Shown here one piece after another: positions 32,307 to 42,211 of a DNA stretch of 64,000 nt; position 1 is the stretch's first letter, and each line of letters begins with the position of its first letter. The stretch comes from an uncultured Prochlorococcus sp. (GTDB lineage: Bacteria > Cyanobacteriota > Cyanobacteriia > PCC-6307 > Cyanobiaceae), in assembly GCA_902621675.1 (NCBI GenBank), contig CACNMX010000003.1, positions 8,167-72,166 of the forward strand. The letters run 5' to 3'. The translations under genes were made by a program, and so were the position numbers. The notes below the pieces were generated by a model. That model had not been told where the DNA came from and made no database searches. It saw only the letters and a list, made by a program, of their open reading frames with translations.

Positions 32307-32939
32307 TTACCATTCCAATGATTTTGATACAATCGGAAAACTTTGTTTAAAAATAGACTTGCAATTTTGGGCTATGAACTTGTGTTCTTTTTGAGTTCCG
32401 TGAGCTGATCTTAAGTGAATGTAATGTATCCACGATCGGCATGATCCAGACATATAGATTCTTGTTGGAGTAGCTAATGGTAAAACAAATCTCGCACATT
32501 CTTTGGCTACCCCTTCAGCAAGTAAATCTTCATATAATTCTGAAGCAGCCTGAAAATGCAAACCAATTTTTTCATTGAATCTTTTTTTTAACTCATCAGG
32601 GAGGTCAGGGATTGAATTTTGCCTGTTTTTAAAATCTTGACGCCTCAACTCTGGTAAAGGAATATTACCCAATTGAGAACTATCTGCATATCTCTGTGAA
32701 AATTCCTGGAAAGTAAATGATCTATGTCTTAAAATTTGGGCAGCTATTCCTCTGTTAGTTTCTATTTGTAATGTCATAAATGACTGTTCAAAAACACTCC
32801 AATGTTCATTTTTAATGCAATAACTCAATAACTTCGAATAGTCCTCATTTTCCTGATTTTTTGGGTTGCTAACTCTTGCAATATAAGCCATTGTTTTTTC
32901 TGCATCAGGTGTTAGCGAAATTAGTTCAACTTTACTCAT
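32307..32939 (-). CDS. thyX: FAD-dependent thymidylate synthase
   Basis: HWSVFE, QILRHRSFTFQEFSQRY, AKECARFVLP. Confidence 0.97.
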   Translation of the reverse strand: MSKVELISLTPDAEKTMAYIARVSNPKNQENEDYSKLLSYCIKNEHWSVFEQSFMTLQIETNRGIAAQILRHRSFTFQEFSQRYADSSQLGNIPLPELRRQDFKNRQNSIPDLPDELKKRFNEKIGLHFQAASELYEDLLAEGVAKECARFVLPLATPTRIYMSGSCRSWIHYIHLRSAHGTQKEHKFIAQNCKSIFKQSFPIVSKSLEW

Positions 32940-32940
32940 T

Positions 32941-33534
32941 TTAGATCTTTGCTAGAGTAACTTTTTCAGGTTGGTTTTGATACTTACCTCTTCTATCTTC
33001 ATAGGTTGTAGAACATGGATCACCCTCAAAAAAGAGTAGTTGGCAAATACCTTCTTCAGCATAAATTCTGCAATCTGCCCCTGAACTATTACTGAATTCT
33101 AAAGTTAGATGACCTTCCCATCCTGCTTCTGCGGGAGTTGTATTAACAATAATTCCTAGTCTTGCGTAAGTACTTTTCCCTATACAGATTACAGTTATAT
33201 TCTCTGGTACTTTCATCTTTTCTAAAGCCACTCCTAAACCATAGGAGTGGGCAGGAAGAATAAAAAAATCTCCATCATTATCATGGTGAAGAACAGTTTT
33301 TTCTAAATTATTAGGATTAAATTTTTTGGGATTCATCACAGTACCAGGGATATGTCTGAAAATCAGGAATTCTTTTGATGAAAGTCTTAAATCATAGCCA
33401 TAGGAAGAACATCCGTAACTCAAAACTGGTTTTTGTTTATTGTCAGGCTCAAGATGTCTCACTAAATTTGATTGAAAGGGCTTTATCATTCCTTCCGAAG
33501 CTTTTTGATTTATCCAGAGATCATTTTTTAGCAT
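32941..33534 (-). CDS. dcd: dCTP deaminase
   Basis: SYG.SSYGYD, GKSTYAR.GI, TPAEAGWEG, KYQ.Q. Confidence 0.96.
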   Translation of the reverse strand: MLKNDLWINQKASEGMIKPFQSNLVRHLEPDNKQKPVLSYGCSSYGYDLRLSSKEFLIFRHIPGTVMNPKKFNPNNLEKTVLHHDNDGDFFILPAHSYGLGVALEKMKVPENITVICIGKSTYARLGIIVNTTPAEAGWEGHLTLEFSNSSGADCRIYAEEGICQLLFFEGDPCSTTYEDRRGKYQNQPEKVTLAKI

Positions 33535-33538
33535 TTTT

Positions 33539-34120
33539 TTATGAGCGAAGTTCGGTGATTTGGTTGGCCATTAATAATAGATCTTTAGGAATATCTGTAC
33601 CAGTAAGGATTACATCTCCTGATATAAATCGGTTTTCAAGTGTTGAAATCAAATCATCTTTATTAATTATTTTCATGTCAATAGCTAAAAAAATTTCATC
33701 AAGTATGATTTGGTCGTTCTCGCCAGACTGTAGTTCTTTTTTGCAAAAATTCCATAATTCAAGAGTTGACTCATGAATAGATTTTTTTAAATTTTTATTA
33801 TTTTTTATTGCTTCAGAATTATATTGATCAAAGGAATGTGATGATCTTACCCAGGTTAAATTGCCGCATAATCTTTCTGGATTATCAACTCCTTGATTGA
33901 CCCCGCCTTTCATAAATTGTATTAAGAGCACTTTCCTGCCTAGGGCCGCATTTCTTAAAGAGTCTCTAATTATAGATGTGTAGCTTCCGCGATATGAGGA
34001 TTGATAGATTTGAATTTGTCCATTATGTGTGAATCTTTTTGCGTTTATTTTTTTAGCAGTATTTATATTTACAACATCAAGATTATTTTTTGAATAGATA
34101 TGAGATGAACTAATCACCAT
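33539..34120 (-). CDS. CobO/BtuR-like cob(I)alamin adenosyltransferase homologue with degenerate P-loop
   Basis: G.KVLLIQFMKG, IILDEI, DVILTG, A.QITE motifs; GxGKGKT absent. Confidence 0.75.
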   Translation of the reverse strand: MVISSSHIYSKNNLDVVNINTAKKINAKRFTHNGQIQIYQSSYRGSYTSIIRDSLRNAALGRKVLLIQFMKGGVNQGVDNPERLCGNLTWVRSSHSFDQYNSEAIKNNKNLKKSIHESTLELWNFCKKELQSGENDQIILDEIFLAIDMKIINKDDLISTLENRFISGDVILTGTDIPKDLLLMANQITELRS

Positions 34121-34256
34121 TATTTAGATTCTTTTTATATGCAGTATAATTAGAATCTAGCAACACTGCATATAGTGTAATTTTACTTAAAAAAGAGTCA
34201 AGAAAGTGAAAACCGACCGAAAGAAGCTTGTTGATAAACTGATAAGAATTGAAAAT

Positions 34257-34299
34257 TGTTACTGTTGATACAAGATATTTTAGAGTGTCTCCTTAAATT
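34257..34299 (+). promoter_or_regulatory. NtcA-activated promoter of ntcA
   Basis: tGTT-N8-TACa at 34257-34272, then 22 nt after TAC a TAN3T -10 box (TAAATT, 34294-34299). Confidence 0.8.
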
Positions 34300-34319
34300 T
34301 TTTAATAGTCAAGATATTT

Positions 34320-35054
34320 ATGATACCTGCTTCACGAGGATTCAATCGCTTTAGTTCGCAACACTCAGGACAAAGTAAAATAAACTCTGTTGGAGAACGC
34401 TTTCCAATCAACAGAACTTTAATGGAAGTTATTAAAGGTCTTGATGGTGCAAGCACAGAAATGATTGAGAGATCTAAAACAATATTCTTTCCAGGAGACC
34501 CTGCTGAAAGGGTTTATTTAATAAGAAGAGGAGCAGTAAGACTGTCAAGAGTTTATGAGTCAGGCGAAGAAATAACTGTTGCTCTTTTAAGAGAGAATAG
34601 TCTTTTTGGGGTGTTATCTCTTCTGACAGGGCATAGATCTGATCGTTTCTATCATGCCATAGCATTCACAAGAGTTGAAATGATAACAGCACCTGCAAAT
34701 TCTGTCTTAAGAGCTATAGAGGAAGATGCATCAGTCGGATTATTACTGTTACAGGGGCTTTCGAGTAGGATCCTGCAAACTGAAACAATGATTGAAACTC
34801 TTACACATAGAGACATGTCTTCTCGTTTAGTAAGTTTTTTAATGGTTCTTTGTAGAGACTTTGGAGTTGCAGGTGAAAAAGGCATTACAATAGACTTAAG
34901 GCTTTCACATCAGGCAATTGCTGAAGCTATTGGTTCCACAAGAGTAACCATTACAAGATTATTGGGAGATTTAAAGGATTCAGGGCTTCTTAATATTGAA
35001 AGAAAAAAGATCACAGTGTTCGATCCAATTGCTCTTGCAAAAAGATTTAATTGA
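34320..35054 (+). CDS. ntcA: Global nitrogen regulator NtcA (CRP family)
   Basis: [46 protein letters not shown]. Confidence 0.98.
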   Translation: MIPASRGFNRFSSQHSGQSKINSVGERFPINRTLMEVIKGLDGASTEMIERSKTIFFPGDPAERVYLIRRGAVRLSRVYESGEEITVALLRENSLFGVLSLLTGHRSDRFYHAIAFTRVEMITAPANSVLRAIEEDASVGLLLLQGLSSRILQTETMIETLTHRDMSSRLVSFLMVLCRDFGVAGEKGITIDLRLSHQAIAEAIGSTRVTITRLLGDLKDSGLLNIERKKITVFDPIALAKRFN

Positions 35055-35075
35055 TTCATCATAAATTATGATGTA

Positions 35076-36059
35076 GTGAAAGTATGCAAAAGTGTGGCTT
35101 GGATTTTAATTGTTTTTTTAATATTACTAGGAGGATTAATTGCACCATTTGGGGATATTCTTGGAACAAAGATTGGTAAAGCAAGGTTTAGTATCTTAAA
35201 GTTAAGACCAAAAAAAACAGCAACTATAATAACGATAATTACCGGTGGGTTTATTAGTTCAATATCAATAGGGTTATTGATTTTAGTTAGCGAAGAATTC
35301 AGACAAAGGCTTTTTGTTGATATTCCTTTTTTACAAAAAACTTTAGATGAAAGTAAAAAGGCTTTAATCCCTTTACAGGAAGAACAAAAAGAACTTGAAG
35401 GTAAAATCATTCAAAAAGAAAATGAGTTAAATCAATTAAAAAATAATATTAAAGAATTTAGAAGAGGAAATATTGTTATTAGGAGAGGACAAACTTTATT
35501 TATTGCAGAACTTAATTCTAACTCAAATGTTAAGCTTGATTTAACAAAAATCTATAATGAAGCTGATAAATTTGTAAGGAAAATTGTTATCCCAACTAAT
35601 AAAAAAGCAAAAAATATTCTTTTGTGGAGACCCAGTGATATTACAAAAATTGAAACAATAGCTGCTAGAGATGGCAACTGGATTTTATTAATTAAATCAG
35701 CAACAAATGTATTAAAAGGGGATAATTATGTTTTTGTATCTCCTGATTTATTAGAGAATAAATTTATTGTCAAAAAAGGGGATGTTATTACAAGTTCAAT
35801 TCTGGGAGAAAATGACTTAAATCTTAATTCAATAAATTTAGAAATCAAATCATTACTTAGAGAAACAAGGGATGAAATTAAGTCAAAAGGATCACAAGTT
35901 AGTGAAATAAATACAAATGGAAATTTTGTAAAAAAAATTAGAGACTTTCTTCAAGAAAATCAAAATATCAAATTCAAGTTAGAAGTAGTATCTTTGAGAG
36001 ATAGTAAAACTGTAGAACCTATAGTAGTTGAAATTAATATTTTAAAGATTTCTTCTTAA
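35076..36059 (+). CDS. DUF3084-like membrane/coiled-coil protein
   Basis: LGGLIA..GD.LGTKIGKAR.S..KLRPK.TA; start may be GTG 35094. Confidence 0.8.
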   Translation: MKVCKSVAWILIVFLILLGGLIAPFGDILGTKIGKARFSILKLRPKKTATIITIITGGFISSISIGLLILVSEEFRQRLFVDIPFLQKTLDESKKALIPLQEEQKELEGKIIQKENELNQLKNNIKEFRRGNIVIRRGQTLFIAELNSNSNVKLDLTKIYNEADKFVRKIVIPTNKKAKNILLWRPSDITKIETIAARDGNWILLIKSATNVLKGDNYVFVSPDLLENKFIVKKGDVITSSILGENDLNLNSINLEIKSLLRETRDEIKSKGSQVSEINTNGNFVKKIRDFLQENQNIKFKLEVVSLRDSKTVEPIVVEINILKISS

Positions 36060-36497
36060 ATGCCCAAAGTAATAACTATTGATCCCGGGCGAAGTAAATG
36101 CGGCTTAGTCTTAGCTGAAATAGATGAAAAAAAGGTTTATAAAGCTATCGTTCTTAAAAGTAAATTACTTGAGAATTATGTCAGAAATTTAACTACTGCC
36201 GAGGACATATCCCAAATTATTATTGGCAATGGTACCTATAGTAGAGAAATTAAAGAAAAACTATATTTTTTTAAAAAAGAAATAGTAACTTTTGAGGAAA
36301 AAAATACTACCTACAGGGCTAAAGCAAGATATTTCGAACTCTTTCCAATTAGTGGTCTGAAGTTTTTAATGCCTAGAGAGGTTTTTATCCTTAATAAAAA
36401 CCTTGATGCAATATCAGCTTTGTTAATTTTAGAAGATTTTTGTAAAAAAAAGTTTACTTTGAATAAAAATATGGATTTTAAAACTTGGCTGAAATAG
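36060..36497 (+). CDS. YqgF/RuvX-like RNase H-fold nuclease
   Basis: IDPGRSKCG, IIGNGT, EE..TT..A..RY, LDAISALLIL. Confidence 0.8.
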   Translation: MPKVITIDPGRSKCGLVLAEIDEKKVYKAIVLKSKLLENYVRNLTTAEDISQIIIGNGTYSREIKEKLYFFKKEIVTFEEKNTTYRAKARYFELFPISGLKFLMPREVFILNKNLDAISALLILEDFCKKKFTLNKNMDFKTWLK

Positions 36498-36735
36498 TGA
36501 ACTTATATTCATTCCCTGCTTCAAGTTCATAATCTTTTTTCAATAAAAATCTCAGTAAGGCATCTTCAATTAATGCTCTTCCCAAAGGTGGATTTACCGT
36601 TAATAAACCTTTATTAAAGGACCATGTAAAAGTCCATTTAAATTGACTAGCTTCCACAACCCCTTGAATTTGCTTTTTTGTGAAGCAATATTCCTTAACA
36701 CTTACACTGGCAATAGTCTCAGGTTTTGAACGCAT
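36478..36735 (-). CDS. Conserved cyanobacterial protein (DUF3146-like)
   Basis: F.W.F.W.F..G.L.V.P.LGRALI...L.RFL...DY.LE.G..Y.F. Confidence 0.8.
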   Translation of the reverse strand: MRSKPETIASVSVKEYCFTKKQIQGVVEASQFKWTFTWSFNKGLLTVNPPLGRALIEDALLRFLLKKDYELEAGNEYKFTISAKF

Positions 36736-36738
36736 TTC

Positions 36739-37338
36739 TTAAGATTGCTCTTTATCAAAAGAATTCAGTTCATTAATTATATATTCTTCTTTTTTAGTAT
36801 TTATTTGTTCCAGGGATTCTATTACTCTCCTATACACTTTATCCAATATTGATTTCTCATCTAAAGAAATATTTCCTAATACATGTGAAATGGTATTGAA
36901 ATTATTTTTTTCTTTCGTAAGAGGAGACCCAATACCAATTCTTATTCTTTTAAATTTGTTTGTCTGTAATTGTTCAATGATGCTTTTAAGCCCATTATGT
37001 CCGCCTGAGCTACCTTTTCTTCTAAATCTTATTTTTCCGAGAGGAAGATCTTTATCATCGACTATTATCAAAATCTGATCTAAATTTATTTTGTACCAAT
37101 CAACTATTGCTCGGACAGCGTCACCACTGTTATTCATATAGGTATTTGGTAAAAATAACTTGAACGTAGAATTATTTATCTGAAATTCTGAGCATGAACT
37201 TTTAAGCTTATCTTTTAATAGAAAATTTGAATTATATTTTTTAGAGAAACTTTCAAGCAGCAAGAAACCTATATTATGCCTATTGTTGAAATGTTTTTTA
37301 CCAGGATTTCCAAGTCCAATTAAATATATTTCTTTCAT
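36739..37338 (-). CDS. pth: Peptidyl-tRNA hydrolase
   Basis: GLGNPG, RHNIGF, YMNNSG, GGHNGLKS, RIRIGI. Confidence 0.97.
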   Translation of the reverse strand: MKEIYLIGLGNPGKKHFNNRHNIGFLLLESFSKKYNSNFLLKDKLKSSCSEFQINNSTFKLFLPNTYMNNSGDAVRAIVDWYKINLDQILIIVDDKDLPLGKIRFRRKGSSGGHNGLKSIIEQLQTNKFKRIRIGIGSPLTKEKNNFNTISHVLGNISLDEKSILDKVYRRVIESLEQINTKKEEYIINELNSFDKEQS

Positions 37339-37422
37339 GATTTATTTCTAAATCTCTTTTTTTGAGAATTATAAATATATTTATATATAAACTATAACCA
37401 ATTAATAAAAACAAAAATTTTC

Positions 37423-37465
37423 AAAAAGTTATTTAGTTCATGCGAAGGCTGCTAAATAACTTTTT
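37423..37465 (-). terminator. Probable psbH terminator hairpin
   Basis: 14-bp inverted repeat AAAAAGTTATTTAG...CTAAATAACTTTTT downstream of psbH. Confidence 0.65.
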
Positions 37466-37482
37466 TAGAAAATTTACGAAAT

Positions 37483-37683
37483 TTAATTTCCGTTCCAATC
37501 TACTGAGAAACCTTGTAGTAGCAGGGATTGGTTATAAATTTGTAGAAGAATAACTAAAAAAACAAGTAGTAGTAGTCCTATTACAGTCATCACAGGAACT
37601 GCTCCCCAACCAGGTACCACTTTACCTTGACCTGAATTGCCAATTGCTTTTAGAAGACTGCCTAAGGCTGTTTTTTGACCCAT
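37483..37683 (-). CDS. psbH: Photosystem II subunit H
   Basis: [16 protein letters not shown]. Confidence 0.96.
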
Positions 37684-37762
37684 TTGAATTCACAAAATCG
37701 AATATTATTTCGCTATTGTATAAGAATTAATACATAAATTGTTCACAAACTTAGCAAAATTG

Positions 37763-37915
37763 ATGCAAACTTTATCATCTGCCCCTGATCCTGCAGTTTC
37801 CATAGCAGTAACTATCCTGGCATTACTTCTAGCTTTAACCGGTTTTGGTCTTTGGACTGCTTTTGGACCTAAAGCTGCAAAACTGACAGATCCTTGGGAT
37901 GACCATGATGATTAA
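37763..37915 (+). CDS. psbN: PsbN (50 aa)
   Basis: Own translation MQTLSSAPDPAVSIAVTILALLLALTGFGLWTAFGPKAAKLTDPWDDHDD; divergent from psbH. Confidence 0.95.
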   Translation: MQTLSSAPDPAVSIAVTILALLLALTGFGLWTAFGPKAAKLTDPWDDHDD

Positions 37916-38023
37916 TCTTCTTTAAAGTATTTCAAAATTTTCCAAAAATACAAAAAGTAAACAATTAGCCATAGTTTAATTATAAATTTAATAAGATATA
38001 AATCTGTCAGCACAAGTAATTCC

Positions 38024-38152
38024 ATGCTCGCCTTAAAAATTTCTGTTTACACTATTGTCTTTTTCTTTGTTGGTATATTTCTTTTTGGATTTTTAGCGAG
38101 TGACCCAACAAGAACTCCAAATAGAAAAGACCTAGAAAGTCCGCAAGATTAA
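38024..38152 (+). CDS. psbI: Photosystem II subunit I (42 aa)
   Basis: Own translation [42 protein letters not shown]. Confidence 0.96.
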
Positions 38153-38173
38153 TCTTTTAAATAAATTTTTAAA

Positions 38174-40168
38174 TTGATTACTGGAATTTCAAAAAAATTA
38201 ATATTTTTCTCTTTTCTGTTTATTAATTTTTTACAGCCCTCGAAATCAGCCGAATCTGTAAAAATCAATAAAAATATCAATAATCAAAATATCAATTCGA
38301 TTTGGTCAAAACTTTTTAAAGAAGAGAAATTATCAAGTTTTTCAAAAATTCCTGATGATAATACTTCATATCTAAATTTTTCAAAGAAAAACCATGATTC
38401 ACTTTTAGTGGCTAATGGCGAAAAGAAACAAGAGTTAATAATTCAATCTGATAAACAGTCTGAAATTAATGATGTTATTTATGCAGAGGGAAATGTATCC
38501 GTCGCTTATAGAGGTAAACTGCTTAAAGCAGATACTTTAATTTACGATAAATTAAATAAAAATATAAGTGCTAAAGGAAATGTAACTTTGAAATTAGGGG
38601 ATCAATTCTTCAAAGTTGCCCAACTGGAGTACAGTTTTATTACTGAAAAAGGATATTTATTAGATGTTAAGGGATATATTAATACCAATACATTGATGGA
38701 TGACTTATCATCAAATTTCAGTTTATTAGACTCTAATAAATTAGAAAATATACTTGAACTGAATAAAAAGGAAGTTTTAAATACTCCCAGCAAGATTGAA
38801 AATTGGTTATTTTTTACAGATAAAATATCTATAGATGGTCAAAATTGGGAAAGCAAGAAGGCTATATTTAGTAATGATTTACTTGAATCGAAACAGGTTA
38901 AATTAGCTATAAATTCATTAAAAGTTATTTCTGAAGCAGAGAAATTACGATTCAAGTCATCAATAAACTTTTTAATATTTGAAGAAAAACTTTCAATTCC
39001 ATTTTGGCTTGGTGATAGAACTTTAACAAAGTCTGGAGAATTTTTTGACTTTGAAAATAGGTGGAATTTAGGATATGAAAACTTAGATAAGGATGGGTAT
39101 TTTATTGGTAGGAAATTAAACTCAATAGAAATTTCTGATGATTTTGTTCTTGATTTAGAGCCTCAATTTCTAATTCAGAGGTCATTAAAGGGTTATACAA
39201 AAAGCTTTGTAAAGAAGGACGAATCAATCACTTCAGATAGGGTTAAGAGAAATTCAAGTTTTGAAGATTATTTTGCTCTAAAATCTCAGATAAAAGGCCC
39301 AATAAAAAATTGGAATTTAGAAATAGATAAGAATTTAAATTCTTTTGATTTGGATAAATTTTCAGATGCATTTAGATTTAAAACTGAATTGAGTAAAGAA
39401 ATTGATTTATTAGATTCAAAATGGGAAAAAAGTTTTTATGGAATTTATAGAGAGAGGATCTGGAATGGTTCATTAGGTGAAGCAGAAATTTACTCAGGTT
39501 ATGGTTCAAAATTGCAAAAAGAAAATACTTGGATTGTTGATAGCATTAAAAAGTCAGAATTTTTATCTTTAGGTTTGGCCAAAATAACAGCAGAGGCTTT
39601 AAATACAAAAAATTTGGTAACTAACCTAAAAGGGAATTTATTTTATTCTCTTGATCAGAAATTTCCAATTAGTATTGTAGAACCTGAAAAGAAATCTATT
39701 GATATTTCTTATAAGTACATACCCGAACCAATCACAAAAGGCTTAAGTCTTAATACAAGATTGGAAGCATCATATTCTTTTTATGAAAATGGAGATCATC
39801 AAGAATATATAGGTCTAGGTAGTGGCCCAGAATTAATATTTGGTAATTTTAAAAATAAAACTTTTGACTATACCCGTATAAGTTTTTTACCTTTCTATAA
39901 ATTTATTAGTGGCGAAAGTGTTTTTAAGTTTGATCATAATTATGAGAACTTCACCTTAGATATTTCTTTTGATCAGCAACTATATGGACCCATCATTCTC
40001 AAAAGTTTTGGGATTTTGAATCTAACAAATGATTCAAATGATTATGGTGAATTTATAGATTCTAAAATTTCTCTAAATTGGAAGAAAAGATCCTATGAAT
40101 TTGGTATTTTTTATCAGCCTCATAATCAATCAGGAGGTATTTCTTTTAGTCTCTATGGATTTAAATAG
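38174..40168 (+). CDS. LptD/OstA-like outer-membrane protein (DUF3769-like)
   Basis: Signal peptide, AEGNV...L.AD.L.Y OstA motif, beta-strand-rich C-terminus (QQLYGP). Confidence 0.75.
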   Translation: MITGISKKLIFFSFLFINFLQPSKSAESVKINKNINNQNINSIWSKLFKEEKLSSFSKIPDDNTSYLNFSKKNHDSLLVANGEKKQELIIQSDKQSEINDVIYAEGNVSVAYRGKLLKADTLIYDKLNKNISAKGNVTLKLGDQFFKVAQLEYSFITEKGYLLDVKGYINTNTLMDDLSSNFSLLDSNKLENILELNKKEVLNTPSKIENWLFFTDKISIDGQNWESKKAIFSNDLLESKQVKLAINSLKVISEAEKLRFKSSINFLIFEEKLSIPFWLGDRTLTKSGEFFDFENRWNLGYENLDKDGYFIGRKLNSIEISDDFVLDLEPQFLIQRSLKGYTKSFVKKDESITSDRVKRNSSFEDYFALKSQIKGPIKNWNLEIDKNLNSFDLDKFSDAFRFKTELSKEIDLLDSKWEKSFYGIYRERIWNGSLGEAEIYSGYGSKLQKENTWIVDSIKKSEFLSLGLAKITAEALNTKNLVTNLKGNLFYSLDQKFPISIVEPEKKSIDISYKYIPEPITKGLSLNTRLEASYSFYENGDHQEYIGLGSGPELIFGNFKNKTFDYTRISFLPFYKFISGESVFKFDHNYENFTLDISFDQQLYGPIILKSFGILNLTNDSNDYGEFIDSKISLNWKKRSYEFGIFYQPHNQSGGISFSLYGFK

Positions 40169-40792
40169 CTATAAAAAATTAGTATTAAATTTTATATAGG
40201 GTAATTGGTTAAATTTATTTTCTATTAAATTTTTATTATCAAGTAGTGTTGAAGTAGCATCCCATTCTCCTGATAAAAACATTTTTCTTGAGCTCTCTTT
40301 GATCTCAAGATTGAAATTTAAATCTTTTGATTTTGCTAATGAATTTTTAAGATCAATTTCTAAAAGTAAAGATTGATTATTGCAATAGTTTTGTATTTCT
40401 TCTATGGATTTTTTAGGTAGCGTAAAACATGGAATTCCTATCGCAATACAGTTACTGTAAAAAATGTCGGCGAAACTCTCGCCTATGATTGCTTTTATAC
40501 CCCATCTCATAAGCGCTTGAGGGGCATGTTCTCTGCTGGAACCACATCCAAAATTGCTATTAACAACTAGTATTGAGGCATTTTTGTTTTCATCTAGATC
40601 AAAAGGATGCTTTCCTTTTAAAGTTTTTCTATCGTCCTCAAAAACAGATTCACCCAATGAATCAAAGTTAACACACTTCAAAAAACGCGCTGGAATTATT
40701 CGATCTGTATCAATGTCATTTCCAATCAATGAGATACATTGCCCGTTAATATTTGAAATTTTTCCAATTGGCGGGGTAAAGTCTGATTTCAT
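40169..40792 (-). CDS. leuD: 3-isopropylmalate dehydratase small subunit
   Basis: DIDTDRIIPARFL, NFGCGSSREHAPQAL. Confidence 0.97.
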   Translation of the reverse strand: MKSDFTPPIGKISNINGQCISLIGNDIDTDRIIPARFLKCVNFDSLGESVFEDDRKTLKGKHPFDLDENKNASILVVNSNFGCGSSREHAPQALMRWGIKAIIGESFADIFYSNCIAIGIPCFTLPKKSIEEIQNYCNNQSLLLEIDLKNSLAKSKDLNFNLEIKESSRKMFLSGEWDATSTLLDNKNLIENKFNQLPYIKFNTNFL

Positions 40793-42198
40793 CAGTTGAT
40801 AAATTCTCTAACGTCACTGACTTTGCCATTAATTGCAGCAGCAGCAACCATTGCTGGACTCATGAGCAGTGTTCTTCCACTGGGAGATCCTTGCCGACCC
40901 TTGAAATTTCTATTACTAGAACTAGCACTAACTTGATTACCTATTAGCTTATCTGAATTCATTGCTAAACACATTGAGCAGCCAGGCTCTCTCCATTGAA
41001 ATCCAGAATCCTTGAATATCTGATCAAGACCTTCTTGTTTTGCTTCAGTTGCTACTTTTTCTGAACCTGGAACTGCAAATGCTTTGACATTCTTGGATAC
41101 TTTTTTGCCCTTTAATACTTTAGCTGCAACTCTTAAGTCACTGATTCTTCCATTTGTGCAACTACCTATGAAACAAACGTCTATAGGAGTATCTTTTATT
41201 AATTGTCCAGGCTTGAAACTCATATATTCATAAGCCTCTTCTGCAACTAATTTATCATTTGGGGATAATTCATCTAAAAGAGGGATTTGTTGATTAATGC
41301 TTATACTTTGGCCGGGAGTAATCCCCCAGGTTACAGTTGGTTCTACCTTAGAAGCATCTAATTTAATTATGTCATCATAAATTGAATTTTCATCGCTTTT
41401 TAATGATTCCCACCATCTAAGCGCTCTATCCCAATGCTCATTTTTTGGAGCATATAATTTATTTTTAATGTAACTAAAGGTCTTTTCATCAGGGTTGATG
41501 TAGCCGCATCTTGCTCCTCCTTCAATAGACATATTGCATATCGTCATCCTCTCTTCCATTGATAATTCATGTATCGCAGGTCCTGCGAATTCATATGCAA
41601 AACCTACTCCTGCCTTTACACCAAGTTTATTAATTATATGAAGGACTAAATCCTTAGCATAAACACCCTTAGATAATTTATTGTCACACCAAATCTGCCT
41701 CACTTTCAATTTGTTCATGGCTAAGGTTTGGGTAGCAAGAACATCTCTTACTTGACTTGTACCTATACCAAAAGCAATTGACCCGAAAGCTCCATGAGTT
41801 GAAGTATGAGAATCTCCGCAAGCGATTGTCATTCCTGGCTGAGTTAGGCCTAATTCCGGTGCTACTACATGAACTATTCCTTGATTACCACTACCAATAT
41901 TAAAAAATCTTATTTTATGTTCTAAGCAATTCTTCTCAAGTTTTTCAATCATCTGTTCAGCTAGATTATCTTTGAAAGGCCTGCTCTGATTATCTGTTGG
42001 TACAATATGATCAACAGTAGCAACAGTTCTATCAGGGAATTTTACTTTTAATTTTTTGTCCTTTAAAGCACCAAATGCTTGAGGACTAGTTACTTCATGG
42101 ATAAGGTGAAGACCAATAAATATTTGATCAGATCCTCCAGGAAGACTAGAAACCTTATGTAAATCCCAAACTTTATCAAATAGGGTATCTTGACTCAA
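40792..42198 (-). CDS. leuC: 3-isopropylmalate dehydratase large subunit
   Basis: [43 protein letters not shown]; TTG start. Confidence 0.98.
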   Translation of the reverse strand: MSQDTLFDKVWDLHKVSSLPGGSDQIFIGLHLIHEVTSPQAFGALKDKKLKVKFPDRTVATVDHIVPTDNQSRPFKDNLAEQMIEKLEKNCLEHKIRFFNIGSGNQGIVHVVAPELGLTQPGMTIACGDSHTSTHGAFGSIAFGIGTSQVRDVLATQTLAMNKLKVRQIWCDNKLSKGVYAKDLVLHIINKLGVKAGVGFAYEFAGPAIHELSMEERMTICNMSIEGGARCGYINPDEKTFSYIKNKLYAPKNEHWDRALRWWESLKSDENSIYDDIIKLDASKVEPTVTWGITPGQSISINQQIPLLDELSPNDKLVAEEAYEYMSFKPGQLIKDTPIDVCFIGSCTNGRISDLRVAAKVLKGKKVSKNVKAFAVPGSEKVATEAKQEGLDQIFKDSGFQWREPGCSMCLAMNSDKLIGNQVSASSSNRNFKGRQGSPSGRTLLMSPAMVAAAAINGKVSDVREFIN

Positions 42199-42211
42199 TT
42201 TGTAAAAATAG

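Noticed and set aside
33375-33776. 133-aa plus-strand ORF across dcd and the cobO-like gene
   Set aside because: Antisense to two well-supported genes; no recognisable motifs
37717-37734. TGTA-N10-TACA between psbH and psbN as an NtcA box
   Set aside because: Spacer is 10 nt, not 8
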